From the NCBI GenBank assembly GCA_963702445.1, contig CAVPCZ010000012.1, forward strand, positions 193,199-257,198: a DNA stretch of 64,000 nucleotides, written 5' to 3'. How positions within the stretch are numbered: the stretch's first letter is position 1; the number at the start of each line of letters is the position of its first letter. The notes beneath the pieces were generated by a model, which worked only from the letters and a program-made list of their open reading frames with translations, was not told the DNA's origin and did not search any database. This document shows, in pieces, positions 19,027 to 26,816 of this stretch. The position numbers and the translations under genes are program-made. The stretch is from Ignavibacteriota bacterium (GTDB lineage Bacteria > Bacteroidota > Ignavibacteria > UBA10030 > UBA6906).

Positions 19027-20096
19027 CGGATATACTCTCCATGCTCCTGGCGCGGTAAGAGAAATTCATTGATGGGACGACGCGGAGTCGGCACCGGCTC
19101 CGCCAGTGAATACCCGATTCTCAGCAACAGTTGGGGCCAGACATGCAACCCGAGAAGTCTCTTGAGTTCAAGGCGCAGGGCGGGAACCTGCACAGGCATG
19201 TTGAAGTAGCTGTGCTGGATCCCTTCCGCGGTCAGCAGAAGGAGCATCCGTTCCAGGAATTCCCCCGCCGAAAGCCAGTGGGGAACGGTGTCCTCGCCGG
19301 CAATGGTGATCAGGCCGGGAGCATCAACGCAGAGGTTCTTGTCATGTGCGGCACGCAGTTTTCCCGGATCAATCATGCGGGTCGCCCGGGGCACGAACGG
19401 AGCCACGTTTTCATCAATACCCGCCACTTCTCCCCTCATGCCGTCGGGCTGAGCGCTGTCGCCGGACCGGAGCCACTCCGCCACATCGCGGCGGTACGCC
19501 GGATCCGCCAGAAGCAGGCGATCGGCCTGTGCCACCAGGCCGGCAACGGCATCGTTCAATTTTCCGTCGGTGGACGCAGACACGACGGTCTCCCCGGAGA
19601 CGGCCAGATCCTGCACCTGACGGATGACCGACGAGGGGACCCGGGAAACCAGAAAAGGTTTCCTGTTCGTACGCCTCCGGGTCAACTGGGGAAAGAGGGC
19701 GCTCAGTCCGGCACCGCCGTGGACCGATGCTTCGCCCGGCAGGAGGTTGACGAACGCCAGGGGTTCTTCGCTCGATCCGCTCTGGTTGTACACCACCTCG
19801 CATCCGAAGTCGAAAAAGGCGGCGGCAACCCGGAGATTCATGACCGCGGCGCCGATGCTCATCAGGAGCTCACGCCCGGCAGGATCGGCAACCGGCAGAC
19901 GGCGCGTATAATCCCCGTAGAGTTCCACACCCTCAACACTGACCCGGAAATGCCAGGGTTGTGTGTTGAAGGTGGACGGCGCAAGCACGGCGTAACGGAG
20001 CAGAAACAGAAACTGCTCCTCCACGCCCCCCTCCGCCGGAAACTGTCCCGCTGACGGCAACGTGTACGGTCTGCCCGTGGTAACCACCGGTTTCAC
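19023..20096 (-). CDS. Acg-type tandem nitroreductase-fold protein
   Basis: The 357-aa size, RYAVLAPSTFNTQPWHFRV and a second nitroreductase-like half match the Acg/putative NAD(P)H nitroreductase family. Confidence 0.6.
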   Translation of the reverse strand: MKPVVTTGRPYTLPSAGQFPAEGGVEEQFLFLLRYAVLAPSTFNTQPWHFRVSVEGVELYGDYTRRLPVADPAGRELLMSIGAAVMNLRVAAAFFDFGCEVVYNQSGSSEEPLAFVNLLPGEASVHGGAGLSALFPQLTRRRTNRKPFLVSRVPSSVIRQVQDLAVSGETVVSASTDGKLNDAVAGLVAQADRLLLADPAYRRDVAEWLRSGDSAQPDGMRGEVAGIDENVAPFVPRATRMIDPGKLRAAHDKNLCVDAPGLITIAGEDTVPHWLSAGEFLERMLLLLTAEGIQHSYFNMPVQVPALRLELKRLLGLHVWPQLLLRIGYSLAEPVPTPRRPINEFLLPRQEHGEYIR

Positions 20097-20350
20097 TTCA
20101 GAACCCGGACGAGATCAGGGTTATCCGTGGCTATGGCGTCCACCGGACAGTCTTCGGCCGCTTCACGCATGTACTCCTCTTCTTCCGCTGTTTGCGGCTG
20201 GCGGCTGACAAAGTACCTGTTCGACGATTTCTCAAAATCGAAATTGTCCGGCGCAATGGAGGCGCAGTAGGCGCATCCGTCGCACTCTTCGGTGGTAAAG
20301 AATTTGCCCGAGACGTTTTGCGGCAGCCGTCGTGTCGGTTCGGCGCTCAT
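20093..20350 (-). CDS. Small single-cluster ferredoxin
   Basis: CDGCAYCASIAP ... DCPVDAI pattern. The ATG at 20350 overlaps the haem-lyase stop by ATGA (the ORF-track start at 20365 is also possible). Confidence 0.6.
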   Translation of the reverse strand: MSAEPTRRLPQNVSGKFFTTEECDGCAYCASIAPDNFDFEKSSNRYFVSRQPQTAEEEEYMREAAEDCPVDAIATDNPDLVRVLK

Positions 20351-22581
20351 TGTTTCTCCCTCCATCGTTTCACTATTGCCAGGACAAAGCCCGTCATCAT
20401 CAACACCGTTCCACCCCAGAGGAGGTTGATAAACGGTTTCACACTCGCTTCCACCATCAATATCTCCGGGCTCGGGGTCCCGCCGCCGGCCTGCGTGAGG
20501 CCGAGCACGATGCTCGAGGACGTCGAACCCATGCCCGCGTTCACCCTGAGCAGTCGCACCTCCCCGCCCAGCAGCCGTGAGGGAAGTGCCTCCTGCGCCG
20601 GCGTTCCATCGGCCGCGTAGGTCATCAGCGGGGCCAGCTGTTCCCGTTCATTATCCTTCTGCACGTCGATCACCGCGGCGATGCGCATACCTCCCGCCCC
20701 CATTGCCGCACCCGGGGTCCCGTGGGAACCCATATCGAACCGGTTGAAGGTGATCTGTGCTCCGCCCGCTTCCGACGCGACGCCCTTCACCAGGTTGAGT
20801 TCGACCGTCCGGCCTCCCTCCCTGGGAGGCTCAAGAGACATCGGGGAGATATAGAAATCCCTGAAGGCAAAGGACGAGATGTCCGGATTCCTCATGATCC
20901 CCTGTGAGCCCGCCTCAAACATGACCGGGGACAGCGTGAAGACCTTCCCGTTTCCCTCCGCCCGGACACGGAACACATACTTGTCGTCCGCCGTGACCGA
21001 AAACCCTTCATACGTCAGCGTGTGTCCGAGAGCCGGCACGGGTTGTTCCCGGGGGAGCTGGAACTGCTCCGTCGAACTGTACTTCCCCGTGGAAACAACG
21101 CCGAGCAGAAAGAGTGCGAGACCCATATGGGCCACTTTGCCGCCGTGCAGCAGGATGCCGCCTTTGATGTTGGTGAGCACGATATCCACGTTGACGAACA
21201 GCGCAAACACGGCCGTGAAGACCAGTGCCGCAGTGGAACCCTCGCGCATCCCGGCGACATAGAGAATAAGGGTCACCGCAAACGCCGCGATGAGAGCCCG
21301 GAGGGATTGGCGCGAGGTGAGCCGGACATCCTGTTCTTCCCATTGCGTGTACAGGCTGATGCCGATGAGCAGCGCCATCATGATGACAAGGGGAAGATTG
21401 GTGGCGTCGTAGAATGCGGGTTCGACCCGGGTGGTGGAGAATATCGGCAGGCTGGTCCCGAAAAGGATGACAACCGCGCTGAGCAGGAGGGCAACCGCCC
21501 CGGCGGCAAGCGCAGTTTCGCGCGTGAGCCAGCCGCTTGTTGCACCGTCCGCCGCGAGGGATTTCCATCGGAAGGCCAGCAGGCCGAATCCGGAAAGTGC
21601 AATAAGAGAGAGAAATGCGAGCAGGAGCCAGTACACGGCGGAACCGGGATCGGTGAAGGCATGCACGGAGGCGTCGCCGAGTATGCCGCTGCGGGTCAGA
21701 AACGTGCTATAGATCACCAGGAAGAACGAGACAATGGCGAGTGTCACGTTTGTGCGCGGGTATCTGCCGGTACGGCGTTCCACAAGCATCGTGTGCACCA
21801 GCGCGATGCCTGTGAGCCAGGGAATGAGCGAGGAGTTTTCCACCGGATCCCAGCCCCAGTAACCGCCCCACCCCAGAACACCATACGCCCAGTATGCGCC
21901 GAGCATGATGCCCAGTCCGAGCACAGTCACCGCGAACAGGATCCAGGGCAGACCTTGCTGTGAAAGAAGTGTCCGGCGACCCGTCCAGAGGCCCGCCAGC
22001 GCCTGGCTGAAGGGCGCGGCCATTGCGGCAAATCCCAGAAAGAGGACCGGGGGATGAATCACCATCCAGAAATTCTGCAGGAGAGGATTCAGCCCGCGTC
22101 CGTCGGGGGGGATCTGTCCGGGAGGAATCTGCGGCCACATCTCCCACACCGGGCGGAAGGGGGACTTCGCAACGACAATGAGCAGAAGCATCGACTGGAC
22201 AAACAGAAACACGGTCATCACCCCGGATTCGCTGCCATGCTTCCGCCCGTACGAAGCGAGCAGGAGAGCAATCAGTGCCGAGCAGAGCGCCCAGAAGAGG
22301 AAGCTTCCCTCCTGGCCTGCATAAAAGCTGGACAGGAGGAAGTGCAGCGGCAGCGTGCTGTCGCTGTACCCGTAGACGTAGCCGTTGGTGAAGTCATTTC
22401 GCAAAAGGAGCGCCGTCAACAACGCCGATGCAAGCAGGATGAGAAGTGAACTGAGGTACAGGAGGGCTCGCGGTTGCGAAAGACGACCCCCTTTTGTGGA
22501 GGCAGCGCGAAGGTACCCGAGCGCTGAGAAGAGGGATGCAAAGAGCGCAAGGATGATGAACCAGTGTCCAAGAACAGTCAT
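20347..22581 (-). CDS. CcmF/NrfE-family cytochrome c haem lyase (744 aa, polytopic)
   Basis: WWD domain GAYWAYGVLGWGGYWGWDPVENSSLIPWL matches the CcmF/NrfE signature (WAYxELGWGGxWxWDPVEN). Many TM segments and a CcmF-like C-terminal domain. Confidence 0.85.
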   Translation of the reverse strand: MTVLGHWFIILALFASLFSALGYLRAASTKGGRLSQPRALLYLSSLLILLASALLTALLLRNDFTNGYVYGYSDSTLPLHFLLSSFYAGQEGSFLFWALCSALIALLLASYGRKHGSESGVMTVFLFVQSMLLLIVVAKSPFRPVWEMWPQIPPGQIPPDGRGLNPLLQNFWMVIHPPVLFLGFAAMAAPFSQALAGLWTGRRTLLSQQGLPWILFAVTVLGLGIMLGAYWAYGVLGWGGYWGWDPVENSSLIPWLTGIALVHTMLVERRTGRYPRTNVTLAIVSFFLVIYSTFLTRSGILGDASVHAFTDPGSAVYWLLLAFLSLIALSGFGLLAFRWKSLAADGATSGWLTRETALAAGAVALLLSAVVILFGTSLPIFSTTRVEPAFYDATNLPLVIMMALLIGISLYTQWEEQDVRLTSRQSLRALIAAFAVTLILYVAGMREGSTAALVFTAVFALFVNVDIVLTNIKGGILLHGGKVAHMGLALFLLGVVSTGKYSSTEQFQLPREQPVPALGHTLTYEGFSVTADDKYVFRVRAEGNGKVFTLSPVMFEAGSQGIMRNPDISSFAFRDFYISPMSLEPPREGGRTVELNLVKGVASEAGGAQITFNRFDMGSHGTPGAAMGAGGMRIAAVIDVQKDNEREQLAPLMTYAADGTPAQEALPSRLLGGEVRLLRVNAGMGSTSSSIVLGLTQAGGGTPSPEILMVEASVKPFINLLWGGTVLMMTGFVLAIVKRWREKQ

Positions 22582-22616
22582 TCAGTCTCCGAAAGTGTGT
22601 TGCGGCTAAATGAGGG

Positions 22617-22631
22617 TCAACATGCGTGCCA
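22617..22631 (-). promoter_or_regulatory. Sigma-54-type -24/-12 promoter candidate upstream of the haem-lyase gene
   Basis: The minus strand reads TGGCACGCATGTTGA. The -24 TGGCACG is perfect with correct N4 spacing, and the -12 is TTGA instead of TTGC. A GGAG sits 7 nt before the ATG at 22581. Confidence 0.5.
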
Positions 22632-22710
22632 TGGAAATCCCCTTGAAAACCACGAAAATCACGTTCTGGAAGCCGTTTTAAGGGTTTCCTATCGTGTAAG
22701 AACCAGGGTG

Positions 22711-22728
22711 TTTCCAATACCTGGGAAT
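22711..22728. promoter_or_regulatory. Inverted repeat TTTCC-N8-GGAAT, candidate enhancer (UAS) for the sigma-54 activator
   Basis: tttcc aatacctg ggaat, centred ~90 bp upstream of the -24 GG at 22629-22630. The same half-sites, spacing and distance occur at 35233-35250. Confidence 0.45.
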
Positions 22729-22743
22729 TGGTTTGCAGGAGTG

Positions 22744-22780
22744 CAAAAAAAGCTCCCGGCCCTTTTAGGGGGGGCCGGGA
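22744..22780 (-). terminator. Rho-independent terminator ending the cytochrome operon
   Basis: On the minus strand, CCCGGCCC-cccctaaaa-GGGCCGGG is followed by AGCTTTTTTTG. It lies 63 nt downstream of the lipoprotein cytochrome stop at 22843. Confidence 0.65.
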
Positions 22781-22842
22781 TTGCAGAAGGATGGCTTTTC
22801 TCCGTCTCAGCGGCGGTATGGTGAAGGTCTTCGATGACGGGG

Positions 22843-24246
22843 CTAGAAGCTCCGCTCGGTATTGAAGGCGTTTACTTTGCCGTTGATGTGTTTGGTCTTG
22901 TCGATGATATTGCCGGAGCCGTTGACGACTCCGGGGTGACAGTTGACGCAGCTGGTGAGCGTCGCGGATGTATGGCCGGCCGGAGGCAGGCCGTGACAGC
23001 TTCCGCATGCGCCGTCGGTGCTTCCGCCGTTCCAGGATGGTGCGAAGTTCGTCCCCGCCATCACGCTATCCGTGAAGGCGAACGAGAAGGAAGATGTGGC
23101 GCGCGAAAGACGCCAGGCCCCATGGCAGTATGTATTGCTGCACTTGAATGTTGTGGTGCCGTAGGCCGGAACCGGCAGGTAGTTCCCGCCGGTTCCGGTG
23201 GCAAGACGCGCCAGCGTATCCCGGAACACGACTTCGGCCGGCAATTGTGTGTCAACGTGCCCGGGGGGGAACGTCTGGGCGGGCACCAGATGGCATTCGG
23301 CACATTTCACGGATTTGCCCAGGTTTCCGGAGACAAGATGCTTCTGATGCGCCCCGATGGCGTGAACGACGGGCGGATTGTCCTGTGAATCCCCCAGGAC
23401 AGTCTTGGGCGGTGCGGCGGAGAGAGCATCGCCCGAGGCGGCGCGGAACTGACCGTGACACGTGTTACAGGCTTCAGGGGATTTCGGCGTGCCGCCGGCA
23501 TCGGCATGGCAGGGAACAGTGGAACAGCTCACATTCACCACCGGACCGCCGGTATACGATGCGCCGTGACAGGTTTTGCATTGCGCCAGGGGATACCCCT
23601 TACTCAGCAGATAGCCGGGATGTCCTGACGATGCCTGGAAGACGGTGTGCGGATAGGAAGCATGGCAGGTGAAGCATGATACACCGCTTGTTCCACCGGT
23701 ATAATTCTCACCATGGCACGCGGCGCATTCCGTCAGCTGCCAGTTCTTTCCTTTCAGGTAGCGGCCGTGAGACGCCGTTGATGCGGGATTGCCCCATCCG
23801 GTGCGGTGGGGATACGAAGCATGGCAGGTGTAGCAGGAAACACCGCTTGTGCCGCCCGAGAAATCCGCGCCGTGACAGGCGGCGCAATCGTCCAGCGTCC
23901 CCATGTCCAGGCGCAGGAACTTCCCATGGAACGTCGTCGCGGCTGTATCCACCCAGCCGGGTTTGTGCGGATAGGACGTGTGACAGCCGTAGCACGAAAC
24001 GCCGCTCGTGCCTCCCGAATAGGCCTTCGAATGGCACGACACGCAGTCCGTGTTCTCGTACTGCGGTCCCGACAGTACGGTGCCGTGAAAGGCCGGAGAG
24101 GCGGGATCATTCCAGCCGGTCTCATGAATGCCCTGCGGGGCCATGGGAGCGGGAAGATCTTGTTTCAGCTCGCTGCAGGCCCCGAGCAGCAATGCCGTCG
24201 TGAGCAGAGCGAACGTCGCCGGAAATCGATGAAAGTGTACGCGCAT
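22843..24246 (-). CDS. Multihaem c-type cytochrome lipoprotein, 13 haem motifs (11 CxxCH + 2 CxxxxCH)
   Basis: Lipobox ALLLGAC at residues 18-24. CxxCH x11, plus CSTVPCH (23506-23526) and CSNTYCH (23122-23142), both verified from the DNA. The C-terminal CxxxxCH...CxxCH pairing resembles the Geobacter-type C4xCH/C2xCH domain. Confidence 0.88.
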   Translation of the reverse strand: MRVHFHRFPATFALLTTALLLGACSELKQDLPAPMAPQGIHETGWNDPASPAFHGTVLSGPQYENTDCVSCHSKAYSGGTSGVSCYGCHTSYPHKPGWVDTAATTFHGKFLRLDMGTLDDCAACHGADFSGGTSGVSCYTCHASYPHRTGWGNPASTASHGRYLKGKNWQLTECAACHGENYTGGTSGVSCFTCHASYPHTVFQASSGHPGYLLSKGYPLAQCKTCHGASYTGGPVVNVSCSTVPCHADAGGTPKSPEACNTCHGQFRAASGDALSAAPPKTVLGDSQDNPPVVHAIGAHQKHLVSGNLGKSVKCAECHLVPAQTFPPGHVDTQLPAEVVFRDTLARLATGTGGNYLPVPAYGTTTFKCSNTYCHGAWRLSRATSSFSFAFTDSVMAGTNFAPSWNGGSTDGACGSCHGLPPAGHTSATLTSCVNCHPGVVNGSGNIIDKTKHINGKVNAFNTERSF

Positions 24247-24262
24247 GGGTCCTCCGCCCTCC

Positions 24263-25465
24263 TTAGCCGTGACAGTAACCGCAGAAGTTTCTTCCCTTCA
24301 CGCCATCGGGTCGGGCATTCAGGTCTGTGTGACAGTTGAAGCATGTGGCCCCGGCACTGGTATGCCAGGGTCCGTGCTCATCCTTCAAAAAAGAACCGGG
24401 ATGTGTGCGCGGGTCGGTTCCCCGTATGCCGTCGGCGTCAACATGACAGGTGACGCATACCGGATCGTTGCCCTGCGTGTCGTGGCAGCTCACACAGCTC
24501 TCGATATCGCGCCGCGCGAGGGTTGCATGGGTACCGCCGCCGCTGCCGACACCGATGGTGGCAAACCCCGCCCCCAGGTGCCAGGCCGGCGTGAACGCCT
24601 GCGAGGTGATGTTGTCGCCCGTCGCATGACATTCCGCGCAGAATTCCTGCTGCGAATGGCAGCCGTAGCAGTCGGCGCTCTTCGACTTCGCATCGATGCC
24701 ATGGGTGAACCGGTAGTTCATGTCGTGTGCGAGCTGCAGGCTCATCTGTTGCGAGCCGTTTCCCGGAAACGTCCGCGGGGTGGGATCGGCCATCAGGGCG
24801 CCCTGGCCGAACTGCGCCAGCGCGGCGGGGGCATGACACTCGGCACAGAACGTCTGTGTGTGGCAGGTGGAGCAGCTGGTTTCCAGTGCTCCGACCCGGG
24901 TCAGCTGCTTGTGCTCCTTTTTGAAGTTTCCCACCAGGTGGTCGGGTGGAACGAGCTGCACAAAGCTGGTATGACACGCCTCACACGCGTTGGTCACCTT
25001 CCGGTCGTTGTGGCAGGTGTTGCAGGTCGCCATCGAAGGCATGTGTTTCGGTGCAGCGTAATCGGCCTCTTCGAGTCCGGCATGGCAGGTCGTGCACTGG
25101 ACGTCTTTCTGTGAAACATGCCGTTCATGGGAGAAGAGCAGCTCGCGCACGGCGGGAGCGGCAGGCTGGATATTGTCGGGATCCAGATGGCAGTAGCTGC
25201 ACTGGTTGCCCAGCTGCTCCTCGTGGCAGGACTGACAGTTGTCGTGGCCCGCACGGAGATTGTCGGACGCCAGTTTGCTTGTGGCTGCCGGGTGGCAGTT
25301 TTCGCACGCCACGCCGGCGTCGGCGATATGCGTCTTGTGGGAGAACTTCAGCTGCTTGTTGTCGGCCCGGTCGGGCCACCCGTTCCGGAGGGCGGGTTTG
25401 TGGGCGACCGCGGTGATCAGCCCGGCGGCAACAATGAGCAGGAAAACCAGATAACGGCGGATCAT
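24263..25465 (-). CDS. Periplasmic 14-haem c-type cytochrome
   Basis: N-terminal signal or anchor (MIRRYLVFLLIVAAGLITAVA) and 14 CxxCH motifs in 400 aa. The start overlaps the beta-barrel stop by ATGA (25462-25465). Confidence 0.9.
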   Translation of the reverse strand: MIRRYLVFLLIVAAGLITAVAHKPALRNGWPDRADNKQLKFSHKTHIADAGVACENCHPAATSKLASDNLRAGHDNCQSCHEEQLGNQCSYCHLDPDNIQPAAPAVRELLFSHERHVSQKDVQCTTCHAGLEEADYAAPKHMPSMATCNTCHNDRKVTNACEACHTSFVQLVPPDHLVGNFKKEHKQLTRVGALETSCSTCHTQTFCAECHAPAALAQFGQGALMADPTPRTFPGNGSQQMSLQLAHDMNYRFTHGIDAKSKSADCYGCHSQQEFCAECHATGDNITSQAFTPAWHLGAGFATIGVGSGGGTHATLARRDIESCVSCHDTQGNDPVCVTCHVDADGIRGTDPRTHPGSFLKDEHGPWHTSAGATCFNCHTDLNARPDGVKGRNFCGYCHG

Positions 25466-26772
25466 TGTGCGCCCTCCCCTTTGAAGATGGACAGCCGTTG
25501 CGCGAACCAGTACATCAGCTTCACCTGCAGGCGCAGATCACGCTGGGAGATTTTGTTCGTCAACCATTGCCCCTGCACGTCGAAGGAGAACGCCTGTGTG
25601 GGGCGGACGATCGCGCCGAGCAGCACCGACAGGGCGTTATCGCGTGAGCTTTCTTTGCTCAGGCGGTAGGATGCATACGAAAGCCCGGCGGTCGGGATCA
25701 CGGTCCGGCCGAAGAACGGGTACGATCCCTGGAGGCTGACCGACTGCAATTCTCCTGCATAGCCGTCGCTGCCGGTATACGCGAGGCTGCCGTAGCCGTT
25801 GTTCACGCCCACGCTCCAGCGCGTGCTCTGCTCGTCGGTATAGCTGACGCTCGCCACCCGGGCGAAGGCGCGGAGGAGGGGGGTAAAACCGTACTCCACG
25901 CCTCCCTCGATTTCATTCACCGCATTGGCGACAAACGCCGAGAATATGGAGTTGTACGAGAGTCGCGGCGCGCGGTGAATGTAGTCCGCGGTCAGGGACA
26001 GCGCCTCGGTCACGTACACCCGCGCACCGCCCTGTGCCCGTGCGGTGCGGGATCCGGCGAAGTCATAATCGTACCTTCCGTACGCGGAGAAGCGGCCGGC
26101 ATATTCGTACCGTGCTTCCGCACTGGCCACTTCCTGGGCCGGCGAATCGTTTGCGATATAGTACGACACCGGGGCAAACGAGGTATCGCGCGCGCGGACG
26201 GTCCAGTACGGGTCTCGCTCCTCGTGCCGGTTCATGTAGCTCAGGCCGATGCGTGCGCCCGGCAGGAGTGTTGTCACCACCTGCCCGCCGAAGTGGTAGT
26301 TGTCGTGCAGGTTTTCCCGGACACCCGTGAAGTCCGGGCTGACCGTTGAGCCGGCAAAACCCGTCACCGTCACCTTCTGCTGGAGAAATCGTGCGCGGGC
26401 GAGAAATCCGTCTATCGTCCCGACTCCTGCGCCTGCATACACCGCCTGCCGTCCGACGTTCAGGTCAAGTACCTTGCCGATGTTGGCCCAGGTCAGGTAG
26501 AGGTTATAGAAGCGCACGCGCCCGACGTCGCCGAAGTCCCCGGCCAGATTGGCCGCCCCCTGGATGAAGGTGTTCACGGAAACGTCGCCCTGCGTCATGG
26601 AAAGCTGGATATTCTGGAAGGCGCGAATGCGCTGGTGGGACACGCCCACCGTATCGAACTGTTCCCAGCCGTAGAAGGATGTCGCCAGACGTCCCGTCAC
26701 CAGCTGCGCGGGCGCGCCGGCGACGCAGACCAGAATCAGCAGGGCGAGGGGGAGAGAGCGTGGTGTCTTCAT
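25462..26772 (-). CDS. Predicted outer-membrane beta-barrel (porin-like) protein of a porin-cytochrome module
   Basis: Signal peptide MKTPRSLPLALLILVCVAGAPAQ from ATG 26772. The remaining ~410 aa show alternating hydrophobic/polar strands rich in Y/G/S/T/R with no Cys and no haem motif, and an aromatic-rich C-terminal region (LMYWF). Barrel call by composition and pattern only. Confidence 0.65.
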   Translation of the reverse strand: MKTPRSLPLALLILVCVAGAPAQLVTGRLATSFYGWEQFDTVGVSHQRIRAFQNIQLSMTQGDVSVNTFIQGAANLAGDFGDVGRVRFYNLYLTWANIGKVLDLNVGRQAVYAGAGVGTIDGFLARARFLQQKVTVTGFAGSTVSPDFTGVRENLHDNYHFGGQVVTTLLPGARIGLSYMNRHEERDPYWTVRARDTSFAPVSYYIANDSPAQEVASAEARYEYAGRFSAYGRYDYDFAGSRTARAQGGARVYVTEALSLTADYIHRAPRLSYNSIFSAFVANAVNEIEGGVEYGFTPLLRAFARVASVSYTDEQSTRWSVGVNNGYGSLAYTGSDGYAGELQSVSLQGSYPFFGRTVIPTAGLSYASYRLSKESSRDNALSVLLGAIVRPTQAFSFDVQGQWLTNKISQRDLRLQVKLMYWFAQRLSIFKGEGAQ

Positions 26773-26816
26773 ACACAGTTCCCTTTTGTTGCCGCCTCTT
26801 CGAAAGGTGTACCCGT

